From contig BDGG01000004.1 of assembly GCA_001949185.1 (NCBI GenBank), forward strand, positions 4,497,777 to 4,561,776: 64,000 nt of DNA, written 5' to 3'. Within the stretch, counting starts at the first letter, position 1. Every line of letters starts with the position of its first letter. Shown one piece after another: positions 1 to 12,200 of this stretch. The notes under the pieces are model-generated. The model was given only the letters and a program-made list of their open reading frames with translations, made no database searches and had not been told where the DNA came from. The translations under genes were made by a program, and so were the position numbers. Origin of the DNA: Ramazzottius varieornatus. Lineage: Eukaryota > Animalia > Tardigrada.

Positions 1-352
1 GCAGGTAAATAAATGCTTTGTGGCAAAACAGCTGCTTGCGTGAGAGATCAAGTTTACCAAGACTTTGCACAACGTTGTTGACCTGCTTTTGAAGTATCTA
101 ATTGGTAATTGCACGTGTCTAATTGCTATTACAGACGGTGTGTTTGATACACTTGACTGATCACAGATTGGCTCTTCCAAACAGACGACAAAATGACGCT
201 GGTAGAAAAACTACAACATGAGGGCGGATGGTTCTTCCATAGCGAGATGAAAGTTTGTTAGGGTCTTGGGCGGGACTTAGTTCTCGATACAGAAACATTT
301 ACAAAATTGAGCGACTGTTCACTTGGACAGTACAACATTCCGATTGGCGTGT

Positions 353-1051
353 CTACTTCTTGTGACCGCCATAACCTCCACCATAACCGCCACCATAACC
401 GCCACCATAACCACTATGAGGATAGTGAGCTTGAGGACCGTAGTTGTTTCCGTAAAGAGGCATTGTGCTGAAAGAAAAGGACAGGGTAGTTTTCAGGGGT
501 CTTCCATTCTCAACCATTTCTCCAATCATCAGATGCAAAGTTAGGTTCAAGCTTACTAAGGAACGTATTTGCCATAGCCAGGGATGTAAGTGACGGGGGG
601 ACCTCCGTAGTTGTTGTTGTAGCCACCGCCATAAGATCCACCACCACCGTGGCCACCTCCGTAACTGGCACCGAACCCGTAGATGTCTCCAACCTAGCAG
701 GGAAACGTTGAGGGGTGAGAAGGGCGGGAAGGAAAGAAGAATGGCTGGGCCCTGACCAGCACGAATAGGGTTTTCTTACCGGGTACTTGGTGATGTATCT
801 GTCGTAGTCTTGGCCGTATCCTCCGCCGTATCCTCCGCCGTATCCGCCACCGTATCCGCCACCATAGTCCCCACCCTACAAAGAAGAGTGGTCAGATGTC
901 CAACAGGAAAAGGGAATGTTCGTACTGACAAAGAAACCTAGGGAAGTGAACTCAAAGGTATTTCCGGGGCTGCAGGAATAGCGAGACTCACAGCTGAAAC
1001 AAGAGCGGCCAGGGCCGCCACTGAGGCCACAGCGATCACCGAGGAAAACAT
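353..1051 (-). CDS. Secreted Gly/Tyr-rich (YGGG repeat) protein, cuticle/eggshell-like; 4 exons (1051-992, 875-780, ~693-557, ~468-353)
   Basis: Signal peptide MFSSVIAVASVAALAALVSA, then exons encoding GGDYGGGYGGGY..., VGDIYGFGASYGGGHGG..., TMPLYGNNYGPQAHYPHSGYGGGYGGGYGGGYGGHKK*; GT-AG introns with consistent phases. Confidence 0.85.
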
Positions 1052-2371
1052 GGCTGGGAGGTTCTGATGCAGACGAATAAAGTGAGAAGACAGAAAACTA
1101 AAACAATGGTAATCTGGTTTCGCGGAGAGTAATTGTCATTTTATAGCGAATTCAGTCAAGGATTGCATGTGGGTTAGCTAATTGTAATGGCTGTTGATCT
1201 TACGAGCGAACCGGCAAGGTGGCTCGACGCACACGTACGTCTCTGGGCTTTTGCGGGAGGATTTGACTGTCTAAGGCACCTAGCCCAGCTTCACGTAAGA
1301 AGCAGGAAAAAGTGATCGGTGATCGCGGAGAGCTTTTTGTTGGGTTCGCTGGTCCGTCTGATGACGGTATGGCTTGGACTAGACTGGAACGTCAAACGTC
1401 ACGCTTCATTTGAACAACAACGCACATTACTATTACGTTTGCTGACACTGGTTTTTCTCCCTACCGTGTCATAAGGTTCTGCAAAAAAACGTTTGCCCGG
1501 TCGGACCGCTGTCCGTCATAGCCAGTTCTTTGATATTGACCAACATTGCTTTGCCAGCTCAGACGATCAGCCCTTCTGAAGTAATTAACGTAAGTGAAAT
1601 CATCTTATTGCACATGTCGACTCAGAAAGCACCAGCTACAGCTCCCTGATGTCACATTCCGATTTTTGCGGCGATTTGACAGATTTCCCCCAAAAGCCTA
1701 CGCTATACACGCAGCTGCGGCCGGTTGGATCTTTTCACCTGGGTGGAGACATGAAAGGCCTTTCTTTCTCTGACGTGTTTCCCCCATTCTGGTTGCACTT
1801 TTCGAGCCCTGACGCCCCTTGCTCACGCTGCATGGCATTTACATGCCGTCTTCGCAAGTCACTGCGGTGCCTCCTACGCCCAAGATATCGTTTCTCTAGA
1901 AAGTGAAGACACCCAGGTCCAGAAAACAAGCAAAAATGTGTTTATTTCTCGCTGAAGGCCGGCATGTACTTGACACGCGATTCCGGTAAAAGAAATAAGA
2001 TCGCGTACATGTGGCGCCCTCAGTCAATTTTTCCAACAGGCCGCCAAGTCTCGAACCCGCTGGAGAAGTCGAGCTTGGAAGTTGAAAATGGTGTGACTGA
2101 TCAACAGGTCAAACTGCGCTGAGAATCATTAGCGAATTAGAATGATTGGGCGCACTCATTAGCGATGTGGCGGAAGATATTTGCGGTGATGGTGGTGGGA
2201 ACTGTACGTTGCGAATGGTCAGTTTTATGGCGAGTTATACCGCCGTCTTTTCCGATGGCGTGCCTCCGGATCCGGTAGAGAGGATCGCCGGCGCCACCGA
2301 AGCCGTCCATCCACCATCCACCGCAACGGAAACTGTCAAGGCAGTCATTGCTCTCGTTGCAGCTCGAGGTG

Positions 2372-3389
2372 CTAGCCGGGTTTGATCCGAAGTATAGGTC
2401 GAGCGAGATGTGCAGTGGAGCTCTTCATCAGTGAGACATCGAAGCGATGATCATGAAACGTCTCCGCTTGATCAATCCGCCATCTGCATACCATAAGTTG
2501 GAGGACCCGGCAAGAAAAAAGCCACGAGTGGGTCTCTCTCTTTTCTGTATAACACTCTTTGGTACAATTAAACCGAACTTTAACCTTTTTCCGCCTGCTT
2601 AGATTTAGACAGAAGGAACCATTGCTCGATGTCAGATCAAGGTGCCTCACGTCACGAACCCACTCCTCTGCTGCTCATCTTAATCACTCTTGGCCATTCC
2701 GGGTACCTATGCAGTACTTCTACTTTTTATACTAGCTTCCGCTTTAGTCCACCTCTTGGCGTCTTCTAGACAAGTTAACGTTTTGCTCTTCCTGATTAGA
2801 ACGTTCCGAAAGTACACTCGTCCTACTTTCTTTACACACTTTTTCATTCAATCCCGTTTTTATGTGGATCTTTCAGGATGACTTTGTGGTGGCCGGGATG
2901 TGACTCAAACAGCCAGCGGAACTGAAGCATAGAAGACTATAGCAACTAGCGCTGCGGGAATACCTCCTCTTCTCTGTAAAGTAAGATCATCGTAATATTT
3001 TAATGATACACTCAGCTCTACCTGGCGTTGCAAGAAGGGCTATTACCATTCGGTGAGCAGTATGAGTTGGTGCTCGGCACGGGTCTTTGTCGTTGGTCGA
3101 AGCGATACTGTATTGGGCTAATGACGAAGCCGGAAGTCAAGGTTTGGTTGTACCGCCTGAACACTTTCCGGTTTGTGACCATGTTCAGCCTTGGAGGTTT
3201 TTCTAGTGAGGGTATTATGGTAAGAGTTTTGTGAGGGGTGGTTTTGCTGTTTGCGGGAAGCGAAGGAGGTCGCCGAAAACGGCGGGCACGCATGAAGTCA
3301 GGGACTTTGCTGTTTCTTGAAGGAACAATCCTATCCAGATGTGCTATTGCTCGTGAAACGGCCTTTGGTCTGTTTATGTGTGGTGTCAT
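2372..3389 (-). CDS. Possible two-exon orphan basic Arg/Pro-rich protein (~160 aa)
   Basis: ORF MTPHINRPK...SCNAR ends at AG|gtagag (3022); phase-compatible acceptor tatgcag| at 2483 continues WRIDQAETF...IKPG*. No recognisable homology. Confidence 0.35.
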
Positions 3390-4077
3390 GGGTGGACGGT
3401 CCAAGATGGATAATTATTTTATGGCCTTGATATCGAAATGGACGTATTTTGACAGACTGTTATGATGAAAGATCCTGACGCTTTTATGCCTTTATTATGG
3501 TTTGTGCTCTGCTTGATTTCTCTAGCCTGATTCTTTTGAGCTTTTATTAACCGTTAGCGTTTCTCATGGTCTCTGAATCTATCAGGTTCCATCTTGAGGG
3601 ATTTTGAATAACTTTGATGGTAGTAAGTTTCTCCGGGGTTGAGGTGAGGAAGACACGGCGTATGATTGCAGGTGACGTCCGTAGGGTTCGCTGCTGTGGC
3701 TTAATTTCCGGCCAAGTCACGCTGCCGCTTTCTGTATAAACTGTCTAGTGGGTGCTTTATGCTTGACGGACCAGGCCACCGTCCCAACGCGTGACGCTCG
3801 AAGGACTCTGCGCCAAACGGTAGCTGTAACTAGTCAAGAACATCGAAGCTTTTTTGCCTTAATTTCATCAGCTTACGCTCTCCCTAACTTTATCTGTAAT
3901 TTCGCGTTTGGTTCTTTTTCCCGAGAACTATCAATTCCCAAAGCTTTGTCAAACTGCTACTCAGAGTCCGCCATAGCGTCGCGATGAATTTTGAACAGTG
4001 GAGATTTCTGTGCTAATCATGGCTTTTGTTCGATCAGTAGGTGGTCCTGACTGCGGAGTGACAAGGACGCCTTAAGG

Positions 4078-7000
4078 ATGTACGGTGGCTGCAGATGGAT
4101 CATTTTCCTTGCTTCCGCGTCGGTTTTGATAAGTATTGCTCAATCACAAAGTAAGTTCTTGAATCCACCTCCATCTCGTCGGTTCGTCCGAGTTCGACGA
4201 CCTACTTCCGGCGTCTGTTTGCTGCAGATATATCAGCGAGGACCCAGTGTCAACCTGGAGAAGATGTGACGTTCATGCTGCTGACGAGCCACAGCCTGGA
4301 CAAGGCCGATCCCATGTCCAGTGTTCTAACGTTCAACCTCAGCGCCTGTCTGGATGGTTGCGTCGACGACCCGCGCTGCTTGGCTATCAACATTCAAAAC
4401 AGCCCCAACAATGACTTTTGCTCCTACTACCATCAAGTAGGCCGGCTCTCCAACGAAACCGTCACCAACGAGGAAGACCTGCCAATCTATTACTTGGAGA
4501 AATCCTGCCTTAAAGGTCCGTATTAAAATGACGAATAAACAAATGCTGAGGAAAAAAGACTGAAAAACCAAACGACCGAGCATCAAGCAGGGGAGTTTGA
4601 TTGATCATAGTAATGTTAGTTGCAAGCTGTGCTTGTGGTTACAGGTGCCTGTAAGCGGCTCTTTGCCTTCGAGATGGTCAGCGGGAAAGATTTGGACGTC
4701 AAAGCAGATGTCGTCATCCGCAATATCAGTGAGAAAGTCTGTCTGGAGTCCTGTCTGAACCGAGCCGACGCTCCCTGTCTGTCGGTGACGTACGATAAGG
4801 CAGGAAGGGACTGCGCTCTCCGCTCGAAGAGCCGCTTCACTAATCCCCGAGACTTCAAAGAAACGGCGGCCAACATCCAGTATTTTGACAACAACTGTAA
4901 AGATGAACTTCCCGGTAAGAACCCTCACTTTTCATGATCTGCTGATGATTCAACTTTAATGAGGGAATATATGTAGCGGAGCCACGATACGAGATGGTGG
5001 CCAAGAACTTTGCCACTCACTTCTCGGACACAGACTACGTGGGTATCTCGCTGTCGGAATGCGCTCGGTTGTGCCAAGAGTCGCCGGACTATCCCTGTCG
5101 GGCCTTCTTCTTCGGGCACACCGTTCTAGGGCGCTTCTGCGGACTGATGCACCTGACGGCAGCCGCCGTAGCCAACATTCCCGGTGGTAACTTCCCCGTC
5201 GATGGCGTCAACTTGTACCAACCAGTCCCATCAACCGAACCTAAAAGTAAGAAACGAAGAATGTCCTTGGAAGGAAGGGGTTTTAGGCGAACAAACTCGA
5301 CCGTGTTGTTTTCCCTTGTGGCGCACACTGTCAGATGGTAAAGCTGGAAATGCGCGCCACTTGGGAAAATAACTCTGCTGAGTTTCCGGTTTTCTCAACC
5401 GGCGCATGTTCTTAATTTCGTTAGCTGGAAGCGTCTGCCACTTGGAGAAATGGTCTTGTCGAGTTGTTTTGCCAAGCTCCCATACGGATGGTTAGCATTC
5501 AGTGGCGTTTGTCTCTAGGTTGTCCCGCCGACAAGATTAACTTTGTCCTACGAGGAGCCCAGAGTCTGGTGCTGGAACCAATGGCCTCGACGCCCTTCGC
5601 CCAGCCAGCCATCTGCCTCGACCAGTGTCGCAGTAACCCCGACTGCGCCGCCATGACCATCGACTATTCCAGTGCCAAGTGCAACTATTATAGCTCCTAT
5701 AAGGCCGAAGACGTCACCGCCGACGGTATGGTCAGTCTTTACACCAGGACTTGCATCGAGTCCAGCACTGCGCAGTGTCGACGGGATTGGGCGTTCGAGA
5801 AGTTCGAAGGACAATCGTTGGCTGTGGCAGATAAGGTCCTAGAGACCTTCACTAGGTTCGACCTTCTCGTAGGTTTCTACTATGGAGTATTACTAACGAT
5901 TTCGAGTTTTTGTGCTTTTTTTAGCGCGCAGTGTATGGCGGCTTGTCTGGAAGAGAGCAGATTCCAGTGCAAGTCTTTCGATTACAATACGGTCAGCAAC
6001 GAATGCCGGATGTCGCGGCTCGATCGTTACTCTGTCAATCTACGCTTGATGGACAGACGCGACTTCACACTGCCTTCCAGCCAGCCTGAAGTTTCCTTCT
6101 ACGAAAATAATTGCTTTCAAGGTGAGTGCCCACCATCACGCACCATAAGTACCCCCAATCCTCCTCTCCATAGTCGACATGCTCTATAACGCGCTCAAGC
6201 GCTCCGTTGAGCGTAAAAGACGCGCAACCAGTTTGATGATCGGGACGACTTGATTGACTTAATTATTTGATCGTACAGACTATTCGTGAAGACAGAAGTA
6301 CAAGTGCACGACAAAATAAGTTTTCAAAAATGGGCGGAGCGTCTTAAATACGGTCGAGGAATCAAAATCAATGTCGGGACAATGCGCAAATTTGATTGGC
6401 TGTGTCCAGCTGGATCCACTGACACCCATTTTTGAAAGCTTATTTTGTCGTGCACTGTAGCTTTTCACCAACTCCGTGTTCTGGTTATCCATTACAGAAC
6501 CCAGTCAATTTTGTTACTTCGACCCGGTGAAGGGAGCCGAGATCTCTGTCCACGATGCACTGGTGGTTGAGCGGATCAACACGGAAGAAGACTGCAAGCG
6601 AGCTTGTCAGCAACAGACGGGCTTCAACTGTCGCCGCTACGGCTTCATCTCCAACTCCATGTGTATTTTGACCCATTACACCCTAGCCACTGCCCCGCCT
6701 GACACCGTAAGTCTCTTATAAGAGTCCTAGCCGCAATAGCTGCAGTAAATCTGCCATTTTTCTGCAAAAATAGTTCTCAGGGCCGCGCCGAGCACGAACC
6801 TGTTTGAGGTTTTTGCCGAAATATCGTAGAAAAAGCCGCAGGAAGTTGATGCAGTGATGTTTTGTTGGCAGGTGATTCGTCACGAGTCAAGCTCCTCATT
6901 TGGAGAAATTGTGGCCTGTTACAACGGTAAGTGCAGAATCAACAGTGCATTGTCCATTTAAATGGTCATAAATCACGAAGGTATAGTGAGGGTTACGGGA

Positions 7001-8581
7001 AGCATGACGGCGTGTTTTTCTCACTGCTACACAGTGTCGGTCGAATGTGGCTCCACCATGACGGCCCGTATTCGCGCCAACCGCGAGTACGACGGGGTGA
7101 TTTATGCACGCGGAAAGTCCGACCTGACGGAATGTGGGCAAGTGGTCAAGCAAAAGTTCCAGTTTGAGCTGAACCTGCCGCTGGCCATGAGGAACGTCGA
7201 GTCATGCAACACGGTGGGAGACGAGGAAGGCGAGTTCCGCAATACCATTGTGCTGCAACACAATGCTCATGTGGTCACAGCCTTGGACCAAACCTTCGGC
7301 CTCCAATGCAAATACGACTTGCACGCCAAGGAAGAACTGACCCAGCTTATTAATGTGTAAGTCCTTCCAGCCTGTCGTACCATCAAATGAGACGTCGGCA
7401 AAGAATTCACCCATATCGTTCTTCCGAAGTGGCACACGCTCACAGCCTGCAACAACAGAAGCGTGCGCCACTTGGGAACACGATTTCTGTGGATTATTTG
7501 CCAACGTCCGAAACTCAGTGAGTCAATATAAAGCCGGCTTTGCTTGTTGGCAGAAATGCGTCGTTAGCTCGGATCCCGGAAGCCACCAGAGATGTTATAC
7601 GCTACCGCGTGAAGCTGCCCCAAATCCGCATGCAGATTCTGGCTGTGGATGGCAACGAGATCACACATGCTGAACTGGGTACCGAGCTCGTTGTCCGAAT
7701 CGACATGGAAGACATCGAAGATGTCTATGGACTGAGTATCCGTAACATGTTCGCCACCGATGGGCGACATAAAAACAACATGACACTGGTCGATGTCCAA
7801 GGGTAATTACTATAATCAGCTCCAACCAGTGATTTCTTTATTGAGGCTGACGATTGAACGGTGATGTTTTTTTGCCCGGTTTACTTACCGGCTATGATTG
7901 GTCTTTCCAGTTGTCCAGCGGAGAACCTGATTCGCAACTTCCGGCAGGTCAACGCCAAGACACTGGAAGCCCGGATGGAGGTCTTTGCTTTCCCCGATGA
8001 CAACCGCATCATTGTCGAGGCGGAAGTGCAAACATGCCGCCATCGGTGTAAACCGGTGATATGTCCCAATGGCGCTGAGTCCTACGGCAGAAGGAAACGG
8101 CGCGATGTCGATGCCGAAATCGACGGGGAAGAGCAAGGCGTGGAGGAGACGGTAGCGCGAAGCACCCTCCGGAAAACTGTCACCATCACCTCACAAAAGT
8201 TCACGCTCCCTCTCACCAACGACAGATCGCTGAAAATCAGCGTCACAGGTTAGCCACATACTGAAACTTTGAACTTTGGAGTAAACAAAGTTCAATTCGT
8301 GTATCGAACTAGGTATGCAAGGAATGGACTCCAGCGGGATGATTTGCTACCTTCCGCATGTCTTGGCCATTCTGACAGTGCTGTGGTTCCTCACGGAAAC
8401 AGCGAGCGTCAGTATCACCTGTTTTCTCAAAAAGAGGATTGATTGTTTTCAAGAGAAGCTTCGCAACGCCGAAGGTGTTTATAACTATGGTCCTTTTGCT
8501 ACATATGCTACGGTTCCCCGCAAGGTGGCGCGCGTGCTTGTGCCGTCCGAAGCCGGAAGTTATGGCTCCTCGTCGTGTTGA
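4078..8581 (+). CDS. PAN/Apple repeat + ZP domain transmembrane apical-ECM protein (NompA/NOAH-like)
   Basis: Signal peptide (MYGGCRWIIFLASASVLISIAQSQ), six PAN modules (e.g. QCMAACLEESRFQCKSFDYN), ZP-N/ZP-C (VSVEC...NTIVLQHNAHVVTALDQTFGLQCKY; MEVFAFPDDNRIIVEAEVQTCRHRCKPVIC), furin site SYGRRKRRDV, C-terminal TM segment. Confidence 0.92.
5283..5476. repeat. Palindromic ~110-bp element, two adjacent copies (PAN-ZP intron)
   Basis: tgtggcgcac-N25-gcgcgccacttggg and ggcgcat...tgccacttggagaaatggtcttgtcgagttg. Confidence 0.85.
7391..7508. repeat. Palindromic ~110-bp element (PAN-ZP intron)
   Basis: gacgtcggcaaa...aagtggcacac-N25-gtgcgccactt...tttgccaacgtc. Confidence 0.9.
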
Positions 8582-8887
8582 CATCTTTGTCCACTGGTTT
8601 CTCTTGCCTGTTAACTCCAAGCTTGTTAGTTACTTCCTGTTTGTGATTAATTTTTCTCCTGCTGTTGACGACTGTTAGTTAATAGTTAGTTAGACCTTTT
8701 GTAAAAACGACCGTGGTTTATGAATAATGGATGCGGCGCTGTTTTCGATCTGCCGCTCTGTGTTTCTAGCTATAGGTAAGAAGGGGTTATATTCGGGAAG
8801 TATTTTTGAGCGTTTGGTAGCGTCGAAACTTTGAGATGCAAAGAAGTTGCCAGTGCATGAAATTCTTGTCAATTGGACTAGTCATTA

Positions 8888-8930
8888 GTACTGACAAACG
8901 TTTGGTACTGACAAACGTTTGGTACTGACA
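8888..8930. repeat. 2.5 copies of a 17-bp tandem repeat GTACTGACAAACGTTTG
   Basis: Exact repeats at 8888, 8905 and partial at 8922; each contains the palindrome CAAACGTTTG. Confidence 0.9.
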
Positions 8931-9230
8931 TGATTAGCGCTGGCTGCAAATTCATCTCGTACGTACGTACAGTACGTACGACGTACAAGCTGGCCTGGAT
9001 CAGACTGGACGATATGGCTGGATCAGAGGGCCGTACTTGTTTCAGATCTCAGCTCGTATCTGCTGTATCGCACTCGTAGTTGTCACTTTCGAGATTTTGT
9101 GCTGATGGTTGTGGATCACTTCTGCTGATTAGCCATTACTCTCCCAATCTTGAAGATGTCAGTAGAGTTGGCTCTTGTTTGACAAATATCAAATTTTCTA
9201 GCACTATAGGGAAGACTCGGCATTTGGACC

Positions 9231-12200
9231 ATGGACTGCTGCAGAGCAGAGGATACATCATCGCCGTCGGACAGGACGATGGAAGGAACACCGGACTCGT
9301 CGTTTGGCTCGATGGAGGATCTGTTGTGTGGCGAAAAGATGGAAGCCAGCCCGTGTCCGTGGAGCAGCCTGCACTCTGGATCTTCCTGTTTGTCCAGTGG
9401 CAGCTTGTGTGGTGTTCCGCGGCCTTACTCGCAACGACTAGTCAACCTGGAATACGACGCCACCCAATACGGGAGTCGCGCCCTGCAGATGAAGCTGCGC
9501 GAACAGACCATCACTTTCCTGGTGGACGCCTGGGATCAAGAAGTCGACAAACGACACCAATACTGGATGCAGGCCTTCATAGTAAGCAGATTAATGTCAC
9601 ATCCTTGATTTCACCGGATCACTTTCGGCTGGTGTATTTTCTCGATCGTGTGGTCAGTTTGCTCATCTGGGTTTCTTGTCACAGTACTTCCTCAAACATT
9701 CTCAATCGCAAGAAGTTCTACAGCTGTCCATCTCCTTTCTGGATCGATTTGTTCGGAGGTTCAGGGAAAAGTATGACGGCGAACTGCTGGGCTCACCATT
9801 GGAGTGTCTCTTTGAAGCCTCGCTGCACATCGTTGAGCAGCTGTTGGACGATGGGGCGCTCCACAAATCTGTGGCCAACAATAACGGCGATAACGTTCAG
9901 GTCAGAAGAATACATAATCTTGAAAAATATAAATTATTGTGTTTTCTTCTGTTCGATGATGCAACTCGATCGATCAGCTGATCGGTGAGATGGGATCCAG
10001 GTCACCAAATCAACACCTGCAACCGTTTTTAGTCTCGCATGCCATTTTTCTACGAGTCGATCCGAAGTCTCGTACAGGTTCGTGCCCTGCACGGCCCTGT
10101 ATTCTCATAGAGAAATGGCACGTAATAATTTTCGAGCTAAACAAGCTCAGCGATTTTCACAGCTTCCACGTCACTTAGATTCACTGTCATGGGTCCTCAA
10201 GTGACAACCTTAAGAACCCTGCACTACTTGTGTTTTCGCTCAATTGGCTGTCCGGTAGGTGGACAGGGACTGTGGTTACCGGTTGAATGGCCAAGAACTC
10301 GCAAGCCTAACGTTTGGGCTTTGGTAAGCGGAAGCACAATACTCGATGTGTACAGCGTATCAAAGCGGCTAATACATTGGTCTCGTTCCGTTCTTTTGCG
10401 CGTCGCTCGTTCGCTGATATGCGGTCTGCAAGTTCGAATGGCTTTCAATTTTGGGCGATCCTTTAAAGTTGAAACAGGTGGTTGATACAGCCATCATTCC
10501 ATTGATCCGTGTTGCAGTTTAGAACCTCATTTACCTGCTGCGATGGCCGTATAGGCACTCCTCCATCAAAGGATTAATGAGACACGAGGCACACACCTCT
10601 TCACACACTGGAGAATGCCTTCAAGAAGGGGCCTTTGACGAACAGTGAAATTTGGAAGCTTAGGCGACTCTGTCGTCTTGGCAGGCGGTCCGCAGCCTGC
10701 GTGCTCCTTCTTCCCCTTTAGACCAGCGTCATTCACGCTTGGTCAGCGGCACCTGCCCACGTCTTGAAGCATGTATATATAATATATGTATCGCCCTGTC
10801 CTCTTTAAAATTCAAGGCGTAAACCTCTCCGCAGATTCTGTCCTTCTCATTTACACCATTATCCTCTGCCCATAAAAGAGGGGCGCCTCATTATTAGCCG
10901 CACATAACTCCACTCAAAAGCCGCCGGAATCGAAAATGTGAAGCTGTAAATCTGAAGAGCAACGTTGAAATTCAGGCTGTTGATATAAACTGGGCGCGGG
11001 GCATCCCTCTTCCAATTGTTACTGACTGATAGCGTGCGCCACGTGGATGTCGAAAAGGCGTCCGCAGTGACGACAGGCGTCGTCACCAACTGTCTCTTTT
11101 CCAGTTTTAATATTTCTGCCGCATGGTGAGTGTCATGGATCTCTCGTGTTTTTTGCAGTTGACGGTGGAGATGATGTTGCGCGTGACGGACTGGGACGTG
11201 ATCGACTGGACTCCGGCCTGTTTCGTGCCACACTTCATGGAGATTGCCGGCGTTCGACAGTTTGGCGGTGGCATGCTCTACCAGCAAACCCTCGCTCTAT
11301 CCACCCTCTTTATGATCGGTAAGTGACCACTAGTTCAAAGAAAGCCCATCTACGTCGTGGATGGGCTTTGATCCAAACTCCGAAATTGTTCTGTACCCTC
11401 AGCCTTAATTGCTGGAGCTATTAAGCCATCAGCATTCATTGACTCGAATGGTAATTACAAGCTATGAAATGGATTGCGGAAGTATGCAGAGCGGAGCCAG
11501 GAAGGGAAACGGCCTTCGTTCCCCCTGTCTTCCCTTGAACTTCTTGTACGCGGTCGGCCGTCGCAACGCACTTTGTCGCGCATCAACAAGTTGACAAGTT
11601 TAGAGTATGAGAAATTACAGTCATATCGTGTAAATTCTTCCTTATCGTCGTACAGTATCAACAGCGTCGACACGCGATATCCGCGAGTTAACGTCTCATG
11701 AAGAGAGTCTCAATGGCTTGAGAACAAATGGCCCCACGAGAATCGATACATGGAGCGGTAATCTTATCTAGCGCCTAAGCAAGTTAGCTTAGTATTCGTG
11801 GGTAAGGCAAGCCAATCCCTTGGCTTGTTTAGACCAAGTTTAGAGGCGGCTTAATTGGTCGTTCAAAGGACCACACATCCTTGTCAATGGTGTTACACCC
11901 GGTTCGCAAGCCCAGTGGCGCCATAAAACCAGGCTGTTTTTCGCCGCGTTATGTTGTCTTGCTTTTGTTCTTTGCGGCGCCAGCGTTGAGCCGAAAAAAG
12001 TTCTGAATGGATCCATTCGACAAAGATTGTTTTCCCAACTGGCGCACCTCAATGTTGTTGGCTGGCAGCGTGCGCCACTTGGGCAGGACGATCTTGTCCA
12101 GTTTGCTGGCCGACGTTCAATGCTTCCAGTTGGATAAACGGCTATACAGCATGCAACAGGTTTGACTTCCTCCAGAGAATTTTGTCCTTTGACGCCGGCA

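Noticed and set aside
6190-6830. Possible extra very degenerate copies of the palindromic element near 6190 and 6770
   Set aside because: Only fragments (e.g. tttttgccga) match and the core half-sites are missing.
9080-9988. 302-aa plus-strand ORF
   Set aside because: It is an alternative frame over the cyclin-like exons and reads through an intron; the cyclin frame carries the motifs.
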